DNA of 64,000 nucleotides from Acholeplasmataceae bacterium (GTDB lineage Bacteria; Bacillota_I; Bacilli_A; Acholeplasmatales; Acholeplasmataceae): NCBI GenBank assembly GCA_963675245.1, contig OY775910.1, positions 160,001 to 224,000 of the forward strand, read 5' to 3'. Shown piece by piece: positions 60,451 to 64,000 of this stretch (position 1 is its first letter; each line of letters starts with the position of its first letter). The notes under the pieces were generated by a model. It saw only the letters and a program-made list of their open reading frames with translations, ran no database searches and was not told where the DNA came from. The position numbers and the translations under genes were made by a program.

Positions 60451-61446
60451 TTAAAAATCTTCTGATTTTAAGTCTCTCGAGAGTAAAATTTGTAATGCAT
60501 CACTTACGGCAATTTTGCCGGAAATGATCTCATAAGCGGTACTAATCATTGGTAATTCGATGTGATTTGAAATTGCTAGGTCATGCATCGCTTCAATCGT
60601 TCTGATACCTTCAATGGTTTGTTCTTCCTCAGCGTAAACCTGCTCAACAGAAACACCTTTACCGAGTTTTACACCTGCTCTAAAGTTACGAGAATTCTCA
60701 GAACTTGCTGTTACAATTAAGTCACCAATACCTGTTAATCCAAATGCAGTTTCTTTTTTACCACCCATGACTTCAACGATCCTTACAATTTCGACAATAC
60801 CTCTGGTAATCACAGCTGCTCTTGCATTTTCACCTAGTCCAAGACCAGTACATGCACCAGAAACAACTGCAATCGCATTTTTCACGGCACCACCGACTTC
60901 TGAACCAATTAAGTCACATGATGTGTAAACACGTAAATAAGAATCATTTGAGAATAATAACTGAACTTCTTTAGCTAACGCTTTATCGTCACTTGCACTA
61001 ACGAGTAATGTTAATTTTCTTAAAATAACCTCTTCAGCATGTGAAGGACCAGTCAAAGCGACAAACCCTTTAAATTTATTGGCATCAATTTCTTCTCGTG
61101 CAATTTCTGATGATCTTTTATACGTATGTGGTTCTATGCCTTTAGAGACATTAATGAATACAGATGGTTTCGTTATCAATTGATTCATATCACGCAATAC
61201 TTGACGTTCAAACTTTGATGGTACACTCAATAAATAATAATTTGAGAAATGAATCAATGTTTCAAAATCATTTGTCGCGATGACTTTATCAGGTAAAACC
61301 GTATTGAAGAATGGGTGTAGATGTTCATTAATTTTATCAACATGACTCTTTTTAATATCATAGATCAATACATCATGACCATTATCCACTAAAACTTGTG
61401 CTAATGTGGTACCCCAAGCACCACCACCAATGACACCGACTTTCAT
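60451..61446 (-). CDS. gpsA: NAD(P)H-dependent glycerol-3-phosphate dehydrogenase
   Basis: GGGAWGT, SKGIE, GPSHAEEV, GGAVKN, GIGDL..T..S..SRN. Confidence 0.95.
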   Translation of the reverse strand: MKVGVIGGGAWGTTLAQVLVDNGHDVLIYDIKKSHVDKINEHLHPFFNTVLPDKVIATNDFETLIHFSNYYLLSVPSKFERQVLRDMNQLITKPSVFINVSKGIEPHTYKRSSEIAREEIDANKFKGFVALTGPSHAEEVILRKLTLLVSASDDKALAKEVQLLFSNDSYLRVYTSCDLIGSEVGGAVKNAIAVVSGACTGLGLGENARAAVITRGIVEIVRIVEVMGGKKETAFGLTGIGDLIVTASSENSRNFRAGVKLGKGVSVEQVYAEEEQTIEGIRTIEAMHDLAISNHIELPMISTAYEIISGKIAVSDALQILLSRDLKSEDF

Positions 61447-61447
61447 G

Positions 61448-62752
61448 TTACTCCTTCTTTCTTAAGACAAGTTTAATAGGTGATCCAGTAAAGTCTATCG
61501 CTTGTCTAAATTGATTATTTAAATATCTTAAATATGAAAAATGGACAAAATCAGGGTTGTTGACAAAAACTAAAAATGTTGGTGGTTTAATCGCCACTTG
61601 TGTCATATAATTGAAATTTGCTCTACCATGATTGAATACAGGTGTTGGATTCATTGCAGTTGCATCCATCAATAATTCATTTAATATAGATGTTTGAATT
61701 TGTTTTGTGTAACTTTCGTATGCTCTTCTAATTGCAGGAAAAATCGTATTGATTCGATCGCTGTGTTTCGCAGAAATAAAAACAACTTCTGCATATGGGA
61801 AAAATTGAAATTCGTCTTTAATTTTCTTTTCCATTTTAGCCATCGTTTTATCATCTTTTTCTATCAAATCCCACTTGTTAACCACAATAACGACACCTTT
61901 GTTCGCGTCTGCAATATAACCAGCAACATGCTTATCTTGCTCTAAAATACCTTCATCACCATCAATAATCAATAATGCGATATCACTTCTATCTAATGCT
62001 GATAAAGCTCTTAAAACACTATATTTATCTGCATTTTCATATATTTTCCCGCGTTTTTTAATACCAGCGGTATCAATAACAACGTATTCTTGTTTATCTT
62101 TTTTAAAGCGTGAATCAATGGCATCTCTTGTTGTCCCTGAAATATCTGAAACAATCACGCGTTCTTCGCCTAAGATCGCATTTGTCAATGATGATTTGCC
62201 AACATTCGGTCTACCAACAATGGCTAGATGAATCGCATCATCTTCTACATCATCCTTTGGATCTTCCATATAAGAGACAATTTTATCCAGTAAATCACCT
62301 GTTCCTATACCATGATGTGCAGAAATTGCAATCGGATCTCCCAATCCTAATGCATAAAACTCATAGATGTTTGGTACTTGATTCACATCATCAATTTTGT
62401 TAATAACAAGAATCACTGGTTTATTTGAGTCATATAACATTTTCGCAATCAAATGATCACTATCTGTTAATCCAGATTTACCATCGCAGACGAAAATAAT
62501 TGCGTCTGCTTCATCCATCGCAATTTGTGCTTGTGCTTTGATTTGATTTAAAAAAGGGGCATCGCCGATGTCGATGCCGCCTGTATCGATGACTCTAAAG
62601 TTTCGTGTCAACCATTCGGCACGTGCATATAATCTATCACGTGTAATTCCCGAAGCATCATCAGTAATCGATAATCTTTCACCGACAATGCGGTTAAACA
62701 AACTCGATTTTCCGACATTTGGTCTGCCTACAATAGCAACCTTAAAGGGCAT
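61448..62752 (-). CDS. der: ribosome biogenesis GTPase Der (EngA)
   Basis: two GRPNVGKSS G1 motifs, DTGG/DTAG, NKID/NKWD, KH-like C-terminus. Confidence 0.97.
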   Translation of the reverse strand: MPFKVAIVGRPNVGKSSLFNRIVGERLSITDDASGITRDRLYARAEWLTRNFRVIDTGGIDIGDAPFLNQIKAQAQIAMDEADAIIFVCDGKSGLTDSDHLIAKMLYDSNKPVILVINKIDDVNQVPNIYEFYALGLGDPIAISAHHGIGTGDLLDKIVSYMEDPKDDVEDDAIHLAIVGRPNVGKSSLTNAILGEERVIVSDISGTTRDAIDSRFKKDKQEYVVIDTAGIKKRGKIYENADKYSVLRALSALDRSDIALLIIDGDEGILEQDKHVAGYIADANKGVVIVVNKWDLIEKDDKTMAKMEKKIKDEFQFFPYAEVVFISAKHSDRINTIFPAIRRAYESYTKQIQTSILNELLMDATAMNPTPVFNHGRANFNYMTQVAIKPPTFLVFVNNPDFVHFSYLRYLNNQFRQAIDFTGSPIKLVLRKKE

Positions 62753-62773
62753 GATATTACCTACTTTATAAAA

Positions 62774-64000
62774 CTAATTTTTTAAGTGCTCTTCGAAAAG
62801 ATCGCCTAAATTAGTACCTTCTGATTCATTTGTGTTATCATCCAAATATTCTTCAAAGGATGCGCGTTCTGCTTTTTCTTTGACTCGACGAATCGAAAGT
62901 TCTAACGCCCATTGTCCTTTTTTGCAATCTGTAACAACAGCTTCTACTTCATCACCCACTGCAAAATAATCAGATGGTCTGTTAATTTTTTCTGTTGCAA
63001 GTTCACTAATAGGGATATCACCTAAAACGCCTTGAACTTCTACTTTAATACCTTTTTCGCCAACTTCAGCGACTTTTGCTTTTACAACATCACCACGTTT
63101 AACAGTGACATTCTTCCAAGGATTATCTTCAAGTGCTTTTTTAGATAACGCGATTCTCTCTTTTTTAGGATCCATTTGAATAATTTTTAGTGTGATTGAA
63201 TCGCCAATTTTAACATAGCTTTCAAAATTATCATTCGGATTCCAAGAAAATTCATTCTTATGAAGTAACCCACGTACATCTTTATCTAATTCAACAATGA
63301 TACCAAAAGGTAATTTTTGGAAAACAGTACCTTCAACCTCATCATTGATATGATGTGCTTCATAAAATAATTCATATGGTGTTTTTAACAATGCTTTAAT
63401 TGATAAATCTAAGCGATTGCCTTCTTTTTTAATGACTTTGACTTCAACTTCTTCATTTAATGATAAAACATCTTCAATTTTATCAATACGATGATGTGAT
63501 ACTTGAGAGATACGAAGAAGACCAACCACATGATCAAAGCGAATGGTTGCTGCATGTTTTTCAATTTTGTCAACTTTACCTTTTAAAACATCACCTGTAT
63601 TAATTGTTTCAAGTTCATCTTGTCTTAATTGTAGACGCTCTTCATAAGCTTCTTGTCTTTCGCGTTCAAAAATAGCTTTACGTGACGCAACAATTCTCTT
63701 AGAACGACCTCTACTAGTCGCTTCAATAATTTGTACTTCAATGGTCTTACCACGCAATTGCTCTTTATCTTTCACTAAATCAAAGTCTAGTAAACTATAT
63801 GGTAAGAATGCTTCATGGCCAGCATAATTTAAAATAAGACCCTTATCTTTAGCCGCCTTAACTTTCGATTTAACGGTTTCGCCTGATGCAACAAGGTCCT
63901 TAATTTCATCAAATTTTTCTTCAATGAGTAATGGTAAACGTGACAACAAAATTTGGGCAGGTTCGTCTGTGATTTTTTGAACCTTCGCTTTAACAACTTG
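62774..64000 (-). CDS. rpsA: 30S ribosomal protein S1 (5' end outside the window)
   Basis: multiple S1 domains; frame stays open from 63949 to the window edge; rpsA-der-gpsA synteny. Confidence 0.88.
   Translation of the reverse strand, partial: QVVKAKVQKITDEPAQILLSRLPLLIEEKFDEIKDLVASGETVKSKVKAAKDKGLILNYAGHEAFLPYSLLDFDLVKDKEQLRGKTIEVQIIEATSRGRSKRIVASRKAIFERERQEAYEERLQLRQDELETINTGDVLKGKVDKIEKHAATIRFDHVVGLLRISQVSHHRIDKIEDVLSLNEEVEVKVIKKEGNRLDLSIKALLKTPYELFYEAHHINDEVEGTVFQKLPFGIIVELDKDVRGLLHKNEFSWNPNDNFESYVKIGDSITLKIIQMDPKKERIALSKKALEDNPWKNVTVKRGDVVKAKVAEVGEKGIKVEVQGVLGDIPISELATEKINRPSDYFAVGDEVEAVVTDCKKGQWALELSIRRVKEKAERASFEEYLDDNTNESEGTNLGDLFEEHLKN

Noticed and set aside
272..62771. Many short (60-153 aa) alternative-frame or antisense ORFs in the ORF track (e.g. 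272-475, 13405-13596, 18887-19348, 62110-62403)
   Set aside because: They lie within or mostly overlap well-supported genes, lack recognisable motifs, and are expected shadows
1..64000. Mycoplasma-type genetic code (TGA = Trp)
   Set aside because: Conserved genes are intact under code 11, and TGA ends genes at expected positions (e.g. hup, ATGA overlaps)
1..64000. tRNA/rRNA genes, prophage or IS elements
   Set aside because: Intergenic regions are short and explained by promoters, terminators and leaders; no cloverleaf, integrase or transposase recognised

Overview
Low-GC bacterial chromosome window with nearly all genes on the minus strand. It uses the standard code (TGA = stop, Trp = TGG). 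Gene content and lipoprotein style suggest an Acholeplasma/Izemoplasma-like Bacillota (inference). 1-25 kb: a beta-1,3-glucan (laminarin) utilisation locus with GH161 and GH94 phosphorylases, GH16, GH30, a cupin, a LacI regulator, a multi-CBM lipoprotein with three near-identical 540-bp repeats, and an elaborate ABC importer (2 binding proteins, 4 permeases, NHL/YIP1 and DUF5696 proteins). 27-36 kb: a LacI-controlled monosaccharide ABC importer divergent from a Gfo/Idh/MocA dehydrogenase and a TIM-barrel isomerase, next to a GH65 phosphorylase. 37-43 kb: metNIQ under a compact (P4-less) SAM-I riboswitch and asnB under an Asn T-box. 43-64 kb: housekeeping and accessory genes (dNK, queH, namA, YcaQ/AlkZ-like, rdgB, hup, gpsA, der, rpsA). 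This part includes a tightly coupled operon in which a TPR-GAF-PAS-degenerate GGDEF/EAL protein overlaps a protein with a HEPN-like RNase motif (RNDIVGH), the best candidate here for an undescribed system. No rRNA, tRNA, CRISPR or mobile element was recognised. All family calls come from motif recognition by eye; no database search was run.
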